NCBI GenBank assembly: GCA_025451045.1
Contig: JANWLD010000001.1
Coordinates: forward strand, 69,812 to 133,811
DNA from: Candidatus Saccharimonadales bacterium
Lineage (GTDB): Bacteria; Patescibacteriota; Saccharimonadia; Saccharimonadales; 2-12-FULL-41-12
Direction of reading: 5' to 3'
Length of the DNA stretch: 64,000 bases
In this document: in pieces, positions 7,827 through 17,422 of the stretch
Position numbering within the stretch: position 1 is the stretch's first letter
Layout: every line of letters begins with the position of its first letter
Made by a program: the position numbers and the translations under genes
Notes under the pieces: generated by a model
The model's input: the letters and a program-made list of their open reading frames with translations, nothing else
Told to the model about the DNA's origin: nothing
Databases searched by the model: none

Positions 7827-9309
7827 AGGTTTTAAGCTCCTGGTTTAAAAACTTCTTAAAATCATCTCTGGCAAAGTGCTTCGCGAGCGTAAACAAATCC
7901 TTGTCACCGCGGCCGGAAATGTTGATAACTATTTTTTTATCCTGTTTCATGTCCTTGGCCAGCTTGATGCCTTCACTAACCGCATGGGCTGATTCTAAAG
8001 CCGGGATGATACCTTCTTTTTTGGCCAAAAGTTCTACCGCGGCAAGCGCCTGCTTGTCACTGGCCCGGACAAATTCCACCCGTCCCGTATCGGCCAATTC
8101 AGCCAATTCCGGCCCGATACCGATATAATCCAACCCCGCCGCTACACTGTGGGTCGCCGCGCTGTTGCCGTCTTTATCTTGCAAAAAATATGACTTATAG
8201 CCTTCCATGATACCCAGTTCCGCGCCCGGAAATCGAGCGGCGTGTTGGCCCGATTTATTTGACTTGCCGCCAGCTTCAACACCGACTAATCTCACATTTT
8301 TATCATTTAAAAAGCCATGAAACGCTCCAAGTGCGTTACTTCCGCCGCCTACGCAGGCGACTATCGCATCAGGACTGCTGCCGAGCTGGTGTCTTATTTC
8401 CCGGCTAATGACAGATTGGAAATCACGGTTCATCCTCGGATACGGATCCGGTCCAAGGCAAGAGCCAATAACATAATGGGTATCGTCGCTGGTAGCCAAC
8501 CAGTCGCGGATAGCGCCGCTGACCGCGTCTTTGAGTGTTTTTGAGCCGTATTTTATCGGTATTACCTCAGCGCCAAGCAGTTCCATGAGCACCACGTTCG
8601 GCCGTTGGCGGTCAATATCGACTTGCCCCATATAAATCGTGCAGGCAAAGCCGAGTTTGGCGGCCACTGTCGCCGTTGCCACGCCATGCTGGCCGGCGCC
8701 GGTTTCAGCAATCAGCCGTTTTTTGCCCATTTTTTTGGCTACCAAGGCTTGCCCTAAGCAATGGTTTATTTTGTGCGCGCCGGTGTGATTCATACCTTCG
8801 TTTTTCAGATAAATCCGCGCGCCGCCGACATGCTCGCTGAGATTTTTGGCATATGTCAGCGGAGTCGGCCGGTTATTGTAATGTTTTTGTAGATCTTCTA
8901 ACTCTGCCAAAAAAGCCCGACTATTTTTTAGCGAATCATAAGTTCTGGCTAGTTTTTCCAGTTCGCCCTGCAACATTTCCGGCACATAACGGCCGCCGTA
9001 TTTCCCAAAGTAGCCGGATTTGCTAGCTTCTGGCTTTGGCTTGGGCATTTCCGGTTCTTTTAATACTTTAAAATAATCTTTAGCAACCAGTTTTGAGCCT
9101 TTTGTCACCGTTGCCACGCCCACGCCCAAATCTTCAGCTATCATATGGTGGTTCTCGCCGCTTAGCAGTTTTTTGACAATTTCAACCCGCTTTGGCAGGT
9201 TCTCTTTGTCTTTATCGGATGTAATTCCGTCCATAAAATCAAAGAAATCTTCAAAACCACGGATGGAATAAACAAACTCAACAAAATCCTTAAAGCTTTT
9301 GCCTTTCAT
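7819..9309 (-). CDS. trpB: TrpR-like repressor domain fused to tryptophan synthase beta chain
   Basis: N-terminal ~85 aa with R..IVKKLL.G..H..IAEDLGVGVATVTKGS (TrpR/YerC HTH), then GYFGKYGGRYVPE, HTGAHKINH (PLP Lys), AETGAGQHG, ALESAHA, SGRGDKD. Confidence 0.93.
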   Translation of the reverse strand: MKGKSFKDFVEFVYSIRGFEDFFDFMDGITSDKDKENLPKRVEIVKKLLSGENHHMIAEDLGVGVATVTKGSKLVAKDYFKVLKEPEMPKPKPEASKSGYFGKYGGRYVPEMLQGELEKLARTYDSLKNSRAFLAELEDLQKHYNNRPTPLTYAKNLSEHVGGARIYLKNEGMNHTGAHKINHCLGQALVAKKMGKKRLIAETGAGQHGVATATVAAKLGFACTIYMGQVDIDRQRPNVVLMELLGAEVIPIKYGSKTLKDAVSGAIRDWLATSDDTHYVIGSCLGPDPYPRMNRDFQSVISREIRHQLGSSPDAIVACVGGGSNALGAFHGFLNDKNVRLVGVEAGGKSNKSGQHAARFPGAELGIMEGYKSYFLQDKDGNSAATHSVAAGLDYIGIGPELAELADTGRVEFVRASDKQALAAVELLAKKEGIIPALESAHAVSEGIKLAKDMKQDKKIVINISGRGDKDLFTLAKHFARDDFKKFLNQELKTYE

Positions 9310-9314
9310 ATCTT

Positions 9315-9335
9315 CATACTAGCATACTAGTATGC
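9315..9335. promoter_or_regulatory. Putative TrpR operator overlapping a leaderless-type -10 box
   Basis: CATACTAGCATACTAGTATGC: ACTAG repeated at 8-bp spacing plus the 14-bp palindrome GCATACTAGTATGC, 5 nt from the start codon. Confidence 0.72.
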
Positions 9336-9371
9336 AATATAAAAGTCTCTTTTCGTTTCGGCTCTGATAAA

Positions 9372-10397
9372 TTAAGCAGCCATTGGTAGATTGCCTGCCC
9401 TGGTCAAAGCTATCTCAACGTCCTGTTTCATTTCAGCGGCTGATTTATACCTATCTTTAGAATCTTTTTTCGTCGCCCTTTCTACAATGGATACTATGTC
9501 ACTCGGAATCCCTCTCTCCAGTAATAAATCGAGGTCAATCGGTTCTTCTTTGTGCCTTCTAGCAATTTCTTTCGCACTTATTCTCTTTTTGGCTTCTTCT
9601 TGCGATATATTTTCATCAAAAATACTGTGTCCCGGTTCGGCATACTCCATTACTATCAAGTCTTTCATCTCTTCTTCTGTTACTTCATAAGGCAAGCGCC
9701 CGGCTAACATTTGATAGTAAGAAATACCTAAACTGTATATATCGCTGCTAATATCGACCCGTCCATTGCCAAGCTGTTCGGGAGACATATAATCAATAGT
9801 GCCGATAGAGGCACTTTTAGTCACCATCATTCCAAATCTCTGATAATGTTCCCAGGCTTTTATATGTTCTTTGGAATTTTCCTCAATTTCCCCGGACTTA
9901 ACCCGCTCGCTATATGGCCTAGGGGTGGCAGCTCCGAAATCGGTTAAAACTGCTCTTAGGGGAGCTTGGATGATATAGTTATCCGGCTTTAAATCGCGAA
10001 AAACAAAGTCATTCTCGTGCACTTCCACTACGGAAGCCAGCATGGAGTATAGCAACCTGCTAGCCGTTTCCGGCATACAAAAATTAGCAAAATTTGGTAT
10101 ATTTCTCCTGCCCAGTACAGGTTCCATGACTATATGGGGCGTAAAATGATCCGAATTATCTTCACGGATTTTTGTTACTTGTGGGTGGTCGATCAAGTTT
10201 TGTATCTGTGCTTCAGCCAGCAGGCTGGCTTTAGCTATTTCGTCAGCATCTTCCGGTAATTGTTTAATTACTACCAGTTCGCCAGTTTGTTTTTCTTCAG
10301 CATAAAATACCCTAGACATTCTAGATGCTTGGATAGGAAAAACTTCCCGATAGCCGGGTATCGCCTCAAGATCTGAGGCAGTAGGTGAATTTGGCAT
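9372..10397 (-). CDS. Hanks-type Ser/Thr protein kinase, soluble
   Basis: VVIK, FRDLKPDN, DFG, GTIDYMSPE, SDIYSLG; no TM or PASTA domain. Confidence 0.9.
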   Translation of the reverse strand: MPNSPTASDLEAIPGYREVFPIQASRMSRVFYAEEKQTGELVVIKQLPEDADEIAKASLLAEAQIQNLIDHPQVTKIREDNSDHFTPHIVMEPVLGRRNIPNFANFCMPETASRLLYSMLASVVEVHENDFVFRDLKPDNYIIQAPLRAVLTDFGAATPRPYSERVKSGEIEENSKEHIKAWEHYQRFGMMVTKSASIGTIDYMSPEQLGNGRVDISSDIYSLGISYYQMLAGRLPYEVTEEEMKDLIVMEYAEPGHSIFDENISQEEAKKRISAKEIARRHKEEPIDLDLLLERGIPSDIVSIVERATKKDSKDRYKSAAEMKQDVEIALTRAGNLPMAA

Positions 10398-10455
10398 TTA
10401 TTTATTTTACAATGTTTGTAAAAAATTGTATAGAATTAAAATCCAAATGAACGCG

Positions 10456-12099
10456 TTACATCATGCCCATGCCGCCCATGTCAGGCGCGGCAGAAGCCGG
10501 TGAGGATTTTTCAGGCACTTCAGCGACTAGAGCGCCCATGGTGATTGCCGTACCAGCAATTGATACCGCATTTTGGACCGCTTCTTTGGTAACGCGAGTT
10601 GGGTCGACTATTCCGACTGTCTTCAAGTCAACTAACTTGTCAGGTTTGTTTACATCAACACCCTGTCCTGGTTTTGCCGATTTTACTTTTGGCAACCATT
10701 CGTCGGCATTAAGTCCGGAATTCGATAACAGTATCCGAAACGGTTGTTCAAGAGCAGATTTAAGCAGGTTAGCGCCGGCAACTTCCGAATCATTGCCAGA
10801 AACCGCAACGGCAGTGGTGACGTTAACTAAGGTTACGCCACCGCCGGCTAGAATACCTTCATCAAGAGCCGCTTTTACGGCAGCTACGGCGTCGTCAACC
10901 CGATACTTCTTCTCTTCAATCTCTGTCTCGGTCGCGCCGCCGACTTTAATGACAGCAACTTTGCCTTGCAATGCTGCCCGGCGTTTCTCCAGATTTTCTT
11001 TGTCATAATCACTTGTAGAAGCTTTGGCTTGGGTGCTTATCTGGTCGATTCGCGCCTTTACTTCGGCCTGCGAGCCGCCGCCCTCGATAATCGTAGTGTT
11101 GTCTTTGTCGACGATTACTTTGCGCGCATTGCCGATAACATCAAGTCCAACATTTTCGAATGTCATGCCGCGGTCTTCGGTGATTACATCCGCGCCAGTC
11201 AGGATAGCTATATCTTGCAATATATCTTTTCGACGGTCACCAAATGCCGGAGCTTTCACACAAACAGCGTTCAACACGCCTTTCAGTTTGTTTAAAATCA
11301 AGGTTCCGAGTATCTCCCCTTCGACTTCCTCGGCGATAATTATCAAATCTTTTTTGCCAGCCTGGGCCAGTTTTTCCAAAATTGGCAAAAATTCCTGCGC
11401 GCTTGATATTTTCTTATCCGTTATGAGGATTGCCGGCTTATCCACGACGGCTTCCATCCGCGCCGTGTCAGTCACCATATAAGGGCTGACGAAGCCGCGG
11501 TCAAAAGTGAAGCCTTCCACCACTTCGCTTTCCAGCTCCAGGCTCTGTCCTTCTTCGACGGTAACTACGCCGTCTTTGCCGACTTTGTCGATTACATCGG
11601 CAATTAAATCGCCGATTTCCGAATCACCGGCTGAAATAGTAGCTACTTCGGCTACACGCTTCTTATTCGCCTTGATGTCCTCGCTTATCTTGGATAGTTG
11701 CTTTATGACATCTTGTGATGCTGCTTCGAGACCCTTGCGCAGCTGCATCGGGTCATGGCCTGCGGCAATCAGCTTGTTGGCTTCATTCAATATATGGTAA
11801 GTAAGCACGGTCACAGTAGTTGTGCCATCGCCAGCTACGTCGTTCATCTTGTTAGCAGCTTGCTTAATAAGCTCGGCGCCGACTTTGTAGCCCAGCGTTT
11901 CGTCGTCTACATCTTCCAGCTCTACGCCTTTAGCGACCGTAACGCCGTCATGGGTAACTGTCGGAGCGCCATAGCTTTTGCTAATGACCGCATTTCGGCC
12001 TTTTGGCCCCATTGTAGTCTTAACCGCATTGTATAGGATCTCCGCCCCGCCAAGCACCCTTCTGCGGGCATCATCATCATAAAAAACTTTTTTAGCCAT
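10456..12099 (-). CDS. groL: Chaperonin GroEL
   Basis: TMGPKGRN, AGDGTTT, KAPAFGDRRK, GGM tail. Confidence 0.98.
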   Translation of the reverse strand: MAKKVFYDDDARRRVLGGAEILYNAVKTTMGPKGRNAVISKSYGAPTVTHDGVTVAKGVELEDVDDETLGYKVGAELIKQAANKMNDVAGDGTTTVTVLTYHILNEANKLIAAGHDPMQLRKGLEAASQDVIKQLSKISEDIKANKKRVAEVATISAGDSEIGDLIADVIDKVGKDGVVTVEEGQSLELESEVVEGFTFDRGFVSPYMVTDTARMEAVVDKPAILITDKKISSAQEFLPILEKLAQAGKKDLIIIAEEVEGEILGTLILNKLKGVLNAVCVKAPAFGDRRKDILQDIAILTGADVITEDRGMTFENVGLDVIGNARKVIVDKDNTTIIEGGGSQAEVKARIDQISTQAKASTSDYDKENLEKRRAALQGKVAVIKVGGATETEIEEKKYRVDDAVAAVKAALDEGILAGGGVTLVNVTTAVAVSGNDSEVAGANLLKSALEQPFRILLSNSGLNADEWLPKVKSAKPGQGVDVNKPDKLVDLKTVGIVDPTRVTKEAVQNAVSIAGTAITMGALVAEVPEKSSPASAAPDMGGMGMM

Positions 12100-12111
12100 T
12101 CAAAACTCCTC

Positions 12112-12378
12112 TTATTTTACAGTCGCTAGGACGTCTTCTTCTTTAACCAATATGTATTCTTTGCCGTCGACTTTCACATCGTTGGTGCTATAGCCTTTAT
12201 AGAGGATTTTGTCACCGACTTTTAGGTCTTTGACCTGCTTGCCTACGGCTTTTACCGTAGCGATTTTTGGCTTCTCGGCCGCACTGTCCGGCAGATACAG
12301 GCCGCTGGCGGTTTTAGTTTGTGCTGCCTCTGCTTCACAGGCGACATAGTCGGCCAAGGGACTAATAGGAATACTCAC
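12112..12378 (-). CDS. groS: Co-chaperonin GroES
   Basis: PLADYV, TASGLYLPDSA.EKP; directly upstream of groL. Confidence 0.96.
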   Translation of the reverse strand: MSIPISPLADYVACEAEAAQTKTASGLYLPDSAAEKPKIATVKAVGKQVKDLKVGDKILYKGYSTNDVKVDGKEYILVKEEDVLATVK

Positions 12379-12441
12379 TGATTAAACCTCCTCTTTAGTT
12401 TCAATAAGGTTGATGAACCCTCGCAAAGAGCACCAACCTTT

Positions 12442-12468
12442 CTAGCACTCACTATAGCGGAGTGCTAA
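12442..12468 (-). promoter_or_regulatory. CIRCE element (HrcA operator) within the groESL promoter
   Basis: TTAGCACTC-N9-GAGTGCTAG on minus strand; TTGACA at 12475-12480 and TATAGT -10 inside the CIRCE spacer. Confidence 0.9.
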
Positions 12469-12476
12469 TTACCCTG

Positions 12477-13763
12477 TCAAGAGATTTTGCGTAAGATTTC
12501 AGCAGCGATTCTTTGGTCGCTCCACGGTACCAGCTTGCCCGCTATATTGCGGCTATTCTCGTGCCCAAGACCAGTGATAAGCACCGCGTCATCTTTTTTG
12601 GCTTCTTTCAAAGCTCGGGTTATCGCTTCTTTCCTATCATCTACTACACTGGTTTTGTTGCCGCCCTTAGCCTCTTTAATGCCGGCTAGTACGTCATTTC
12701 TGATTTTTTCGGGATTCTCCGTATATGTTTCGTCATCTGTTAAATAAATAAAGTCCGCGTGTTTTGCGGCCGCCTTGCCCATAATCGGCCGTTTGCCTTT
12801 ATCTCTATCGCCAGTAGCGCCAAAGACTATCCTGACTTTGCCTTTAGTTGTTGCCTGAAGCGCGATAAGAGCTTTTTCCAATGCGTCGGGCGTGATGGCA
12901 AAATCTATTAAGACCCGAAAATTCTGCCCTTCATCAATCTCTTCCATACGGCCAGTTAATTCTGTCAAATTAGCTATCCCTTGCTCTATTTTTTTAGTCT
13001 CAATGCCCAAAATCAGCCCTGTTGCCGCCGCGGCGGCGGCGTTATAAACATTAAATTCACCAAGGATTTTGGGATTGATTTTCAGTCTTTTATCCTTAGT
13101 TTTCAGCTCGGCAGATGACTCGTTTCTTTGCAGTTTTATTTCGGAAATTACCATCGTTGAAGCCTTGTCTTTGCCAAAAGAAAAAACTTCGTCTATCGCC
13201 CTTTTTTCAAAGAAGTTGTACCACTTATCGTCACGGTTTAATACTGCGTATTTGGCGCCAAAACTTCGGAGCAATCGCGCCTTGGCGCTAGCGTAATTTT
13301 CGATGGTGCCATGATAGTCCAGATGATCTTGGGTCAAGTTAGTAACGACTGCGACTTCCACCGGTATACCGATTATCCTATCTTGGTCTAGGGCATGCGA
13401 CGTAACTTCCAAAACCACGAAATCAACATCGGCTCTTTTAGCTCGGGCAAAAAATGATTGCACGATTGACTGTTTATCAATAGTAAAATGGGTGTCATTT
13501 TGCACTCTCTTGCCTGCTACTTCATAAAATACGGTGTTGAGCACCGCTGTTTTGTATCCAGCGGCCTTTAAAATTTCATTTATGTACGCTGTTGTCGTGC
13601 TCTTGCCGTTGGTCCCTGTTACGGCAATAACCCGCATGCCGCGCGCCGGAAAGCCGTAGCGAGCCTGCCAAAGCACCCCCCTGCCCTTTCTGTAGCCCTT
13701 CTCAACCTGTTTTAACGCCGAATCCGGAATTATCTGCCGGGCCAGTTTTTTTAGCTTTTTCAC
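12477..13763 (-). CDS. murE: UDP-N-acetylmuramyl-tripeptide synthetase (MurE-like)
   Basis: VTGTNGKST, LEVTSHAL.Q.R, TNLTQDHLDYH, GRME, DFA.TPDAL, GDRDKGKRP.MG. Confidence 0.9.
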   Translation of the reverse strand: MKKLKKLARQIIPDSALKQVEKGYRKGRGVLWQARYGFPARGMRVIAVTGTNGKSTTTAYINEILKAAGYKTAVLNTVFYEVAGKRVQNDTHFTIDKQSIVQSFFARAKRADVDFVVLEVTSHALDQDRIIGIPVEVAVVTNLTQDHLDYHGTIENYASAKARLLRSFGAKYAVLNRDDKWYNFFEKRAIDEVFSFGKDKASTMVISEIKLQRNESSAELKTKDKRLKINPKILGEFNVYNAAAAAATGLILGIETKKIEQGIANLTELTGRMEEIDEGQNFRVLIDFAITPDALEKALIALQATTKGKVRIVFGATGDRDKGKRPIMGKAAAKHADFIYLTDDETYTENPEKIRNDVLAGIKEAKGGNKTSVVDDRKEAITRALKEAKKDDAVLITGLGHENSRNIAGKLVPWSDQRIAAEILRKIS

Positions 13764-13798
13764 CCTTTAATACTAACAAATACTACGGCTAAGCCGGA

Positions 13799-15991
13799 TT
13801 AACGGTTACGCCTGCGAAGTTTGGCAGCGGCAACGGCCGTCTTTCTAGCCGCTCTTTTAGCTATGGCTTTAGGACGGTTTTGTTCGGCTTGGTCCCTTTG
13901 CCAATTGATATAATCTTTGATTGCTGCTTCTTTTGTACTGTTCGGTGGCTGGCTAAGTAATTCATCGAGGTTGCCATCCCAGTTTTCTTTGAACTCCTCG
14001 GCTTTAACGGCAGCTTCGTCCATCTTATTTCGGACGGCGGCGTCGACCTGCATATTCCCTTGATGTACGCGGTCTAAGCCTCTGCTAAATGCACGCTTTG
14101 CCTGTGCGCTAACAGTATGTTCAGCCTGCCATTTTCTGTAATCGGCAAGCGCCCTGAAAGCTATGTCATTTGCCGTAACAAATGCCGGCACTTCAAGCTC
14201 TTCTTCCCTGCCCGGCTGAGTGGAAGCCCACTCGCTCGCCAAATCGGGTTCATTTTGCCAATCATAGACTCCTGATTCCAGCTCTTCGGTAGGTTGTTCA
14301 TGATATCCCGGGCCGTCCTTGGCAAAAATCCAATCAGGCTCATAGCCTGAAGACGTAGCTCCCTGCTGTTCCAAACGGCCTACAAGGTCATCCATGTGCC
14401 TGAAAGGATCGAACGCCAAACTATTATCCGAAAGCCTCTCTAGGTCGTGGCGAGCCGCCTCTATTCTTTTTTTATTTTCTTCGTTATCTTCTCTTTGTTG
14501 GGCGGCAATGTATCTTTTTAATCTGGTTTCCGCCGTTTCTCGTTGATGTTGAAGGGTTTGAAGCGAAGTAGTCTTTCTAAATTCCGGCCTGCTAGAATCC
14601 AAGTGTAATTTCCTTCTGCCTTTGGCATCAAACATCATGCGCGCACTTACCGGTACGTTCCCGTCATGCTGCTGTCCGGAAATATGAAAATCCTCGGCAG
14701 TGTTGATTTCCACGCTTTTAAGCTTCATGCCGCCGCCAATATCCTGGCCAATTATTAGATCTTTTAGCTTTTCATCCGGTTCCAATTCCCTAACGCCTAT
14801 AAGTTTGGGTTCAGGGGTTGCCGTGCTGGTCTTGCTGGAACGGCTCATGTCTATCTCGTAAATCTTGTTGCCTTTTATATAGCGCACGACGTGTCCGCCT
14901 TGGCCGTCTTTAGCATGCATGATTATCTGGCGGCCATCGCGCATAGCTTCAGGGTTATCGGCCCAGCGCATTACGTCGCCTTCGGTAGTATAAAGCTGTT
15001 CTACCTTTGCTTTTCCGCCCTTGAAACTGCCATCCGGTTGTTTCATCATATCCCGGCCGTATTCCAAATAAGTAGGATGAGTGAAAGACTCAGCTTCCTC
15101 TGGAGTCTGTGCACCCTCTTGGTCCTCCGTTGTCGGTGGCTCAGTATCCGAATCAAGGTTGTCCAGCGGATCTTGATTCTTTTCTTCCGGGCTTGGTTGC
15201 CATTGTGCCAACTCGCTGGCCAATACCCATTTTTCGGTACCTTTTTCACCTTCATTGGCCGGTGGTTTTATAACGCGGACTATAAGTCCTTTCTCCGGAT
15301 CTTGTTCATACCCACCTACTTGCCAGCCGCTTTCTATTTCACCCGAGGAGCGCTTTACGCTGACTGGTGCATTGCGTAAAAGGCCCCCCTGTTCAGATGT
15401 TTCAGCTATTGGAGCACCTTCTGTAATAGGTGTAAAAATAGGATGGGAAAGGGCTGAAAGTCCAGGGGGGTTTAGGCCGACAGCCTCTAGTTGCTGTAAT
15501 TGCTCTTCCGGCCGTTTTCCCCAACCGACAAATTTATCCAGAGAGTCTGACTTCAGAGTTCCTTCTTGATCCCTGTAGCTCATCACATGCTGCGGAATGG
15601 TGGTAAGGGTAGCATACTGTTCACTCGGCTCGGAAGAAGTCCCCAAATAGTCCGTGATATCCACTTCCTCAGCCTTATCCGGATCTCCATCTGAACTTAA
15701 GTAAGCTTTGCCCTTTAGGGCATCGACTACTTCTTCGGTAAAGCGCGGATCTCGTTCAAGCAGTTTCTGAGTATCTGCCTCGGATACTGCAGACGTAGGC
15801 AAAGCCCCTATCCCCTCAGGAGGGACCGGGGGTTCAGGAGTCGGGGGCAGTTCAAGATGTTCGGTTGGTACTTCCGATGCCTCGGCAGAAAGATCTCCGG
15901 CAACCAAAAGACCGCTATCTTGCTTCTTCACATTGTAGCCTGCGAAAGAATCGGATGGCGGTTGGTTGTTACCGGGGAATTTTTCATCCAT
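13799..15991 (-). CDS. Large acidic hypothetical protein
   Basis: Long ORF (~730 aa from ATG 15991), P/E-rich, contains a VSVKRSSGEIESGW segment and a coiled-coil-like region. Confidence 0.8.
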   Translation of the reverse strand: MDEKFPGNNQPPSDSFAGYNVKKQDSGLLVAGDLSAEASEVPTEHLELPPTPEPPVPPEGIGALPTSAVSEADTQKLLERDPRFTEEVVDALKGKAYLSSDGDPDKAEEVDITDYLGTSSEPSEQYATLTTIPQHVMSYRDQEGTLKSDSLDKFVGWGKRPEEQLQQLEAVGLNPPGLSALSHPIFTPITEGAPIAETSEQGGLLRNAPVSVKRSSGEIESGWQVGGYEQDPEKGLIVRVIKPPANEGEKGTEKWVLASELAQWQPSPEEKNQDPLDNLDSDTEPPTTEDQEGAQTPEEAESFTHPTYLEYGRDMMKQPDGSFKGGKAKVEQLYTTEGDVMRWADNPEAMRDGRQIIMHAKDGQGGHVVRYIKGNKIYEIDMSRSSKTSTATPEPKLIGVRELEPDEKLKDLIIGQDIGGGMKLKSVEINTAEDFHISGQQHDGNVPVSARMMFDAKGRRKLHLDSSRPEFRKTTSLQTLQHQRETAETRLKRYIAAQQREDNEENKKRIEAARHDLERLSDNSLAFDPFRHMDDLVGRLEQQGATSSGYEPDWIFAKDGPGYHEQPTEELESGVYDWQNEPDLASEWASTQPGREEELEVPAFVTANDIAFRALADYRKWQAEHTVSAQAKRAFSRGLDRVHQGNMQVDAAVRNKMDEAAVKAEEFKENWDGNLDELLSQPPNSTKEAAIKDYINWQRDQAEQNRPKAIAKRAARKTAVAAAKLRRRNR

Positions 15992-16092
15992 AAAAATTTT
16001 TTGATTTTTTTGTTTTTGTTGAAACTCTAATACTCTAGCAAATTTTTCCCGTTTTGTCAAGGGTAGCGCCCCTTGCGTGCTATTATTTGACC

Positions 16093-16266
16093 ATGCTTTT
16101 AGCCCAGACCTTCATGCTTGGATGGAAAATTAAACTTCTTGATGAGAAACGGACAGAGCCGTACAAGAGGTACGGTGAGAGGAGTATCGCAAACAAAAGT
16201 TTAATTTGCCGCCGAGAGCGCCGCGGTGCAACCAGCTTTACTGGTTGGCAGGCAGGTGCGGCATGA
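16093..16266 (+). other. Palindromic insert read as a 57-aa uORF coupled to tsaD
   Basis: TGCTATTAT extended -10, 6 nt, then ATG 16093; TGA overlaps tsaD ATG; IRs AAATTAAACTT/AAGTTTAATTT and CCGTAC/GTACGG. Confidence 0.55.
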
Positions 16267-17297
16267 AGGTTTTGGGGATTGAGACCAGTTGTGATGAAAC
16301 AGCAGCCGCGGTTGTTGAAGACGGCCACAAACTCCTTTCAAATGTAGTGGCCAGCTCGGTTGATCTGCACATGGCCTATGGCGGCGTGGTGCCGGAAATT
16401 GCCGCCAGAAGCCATATTGAAGCAATAAATCCGGTTATCCGCCAAGCATTAAAGGAAGCCAGCTGCAACTGGAGTAACATAGACGCCGTAGCCGTAACCT
16501 ACGGACCGGGTTTAGGCGGTAGTCTGCTGGTAGGTGTTTTAACTGCCCGGACGCTGGCGATAATTCATCAAAAACCCTTGTATGCCGTTAATCACGTACA
16601 GGCTCATGCCTACGCCGCTTTTGTAACTGAGGTTGACGAGCAGCCGGAATTCCCCCTGCTCGCTCTGATTGTCAGCGGTGGGCACACCCAGCTGGTACTG
16701 TTTAAAGACCATTTTAACTACCAGGTCTTGGGCCGTACTTCTGATGATGCGGCCGGCGAAGCATTTGACAAGGTAGCGAAAATGCTCGGTTTGCCCTACC
16801 CTGGCGGGCCAAGCGTGGAGAAACTGGCAGAAAAAGGCAATCCCAATAAGCATAAATTCCCAAAGGCCAAGATGTCAGATAAATACGGATTTAGTTATTC
16901 CGGGCTTAAAACAGCCGTGTTGCGGGCCGCCCAATCCGCCATCGGCGAAGATTACAACTTCCCTTCCCATAAACTAGCTGACAAGCTCACAAACGCGCAG
17001 AAAGCTGATATCGCGGCCAGTTTCTCGCGAGTCGCGATAGAGATGCTGGTAGACAAAACTGTTTTGGCACATGAACAGTTTGCGCCAAAAAGCGTGGTGG
17101 TAGCCGGCGGAGTATCGGCCAGCCCCGAACTACGGCAGCAAATGGATGCCAAGTTGCCGATAAAAGCTTATTTTCCAGACATTAAACTCTGTACCGACAA
17201 CGGTGCAATGATAGCGGTAACGGGCTATTTTCTAGCCCGCAAGGGTCAAAAAGTAAATCCCAAGAAACTTGACACTGTGCCAAGTTTGTCGATGTAA
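16263..17297 (+). CDS. tsaD: tRNA N6-threonylcarbamoyladenosine synthesis protein TsaD
   Basis: MKVLGIETSCDETAAA, GGVVPEIAARSH, VSGGHT, DDAAGEAFDK, CTDNGAMIA. Confidence 0.96.
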   Translation: MKVLGIETSCDETAAAVVEDGHKLLSNVVASSVDLHMAYGGVVPEIAARSHIEAINPVIRQALKEASCNWSNIDAVAVTYGPGLGGSLLVGVLTARTLAIIHQKPLYAVNHVQAHAYAAFVTEVDEQPEFPLLALIVSGGHTQLVLFKDHFNYQVLGRTSDDAAGEAFDKVAKMLGLPYPGGPSVEKLAEKGNPNKHKFPKAKMSDKYGFSYSGLKTAVLRAAQSAIGEDYNFPSHKLADKLTNAQKADIAASFSRVAIEMLVDKTVLAHEQFAPKSVVVAGGVSASPELRQQMDAKLPIKAYFPDIKLCTDNGAMIAVTGYFLARKGQKVNPKKLDTVPSLSM

Positions 17298-17422
17298 AAC
17301 TTATATCGTCAGGTTTTTTGGTTCACGTGAAGATTATGGTGTAGTAATTAACAAATTATTAAAAATGAAGAGCAGGATTATGGCTTTATACGTTTTTACA
17401 GAGGTGATATACTAGCTTGTTG

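Noticed and set aside
10463..12036. Several long plus-strand ORFs over groL
   Set aside because: Antisense shadow frames of a highly conserved gene
16206..16262. N-terminal extension of TsaD in the ORF track
   Set aside because: Family consensus starts at MKVLGIETSCDE (ATG 16263); the extension lies in the palindromic insert
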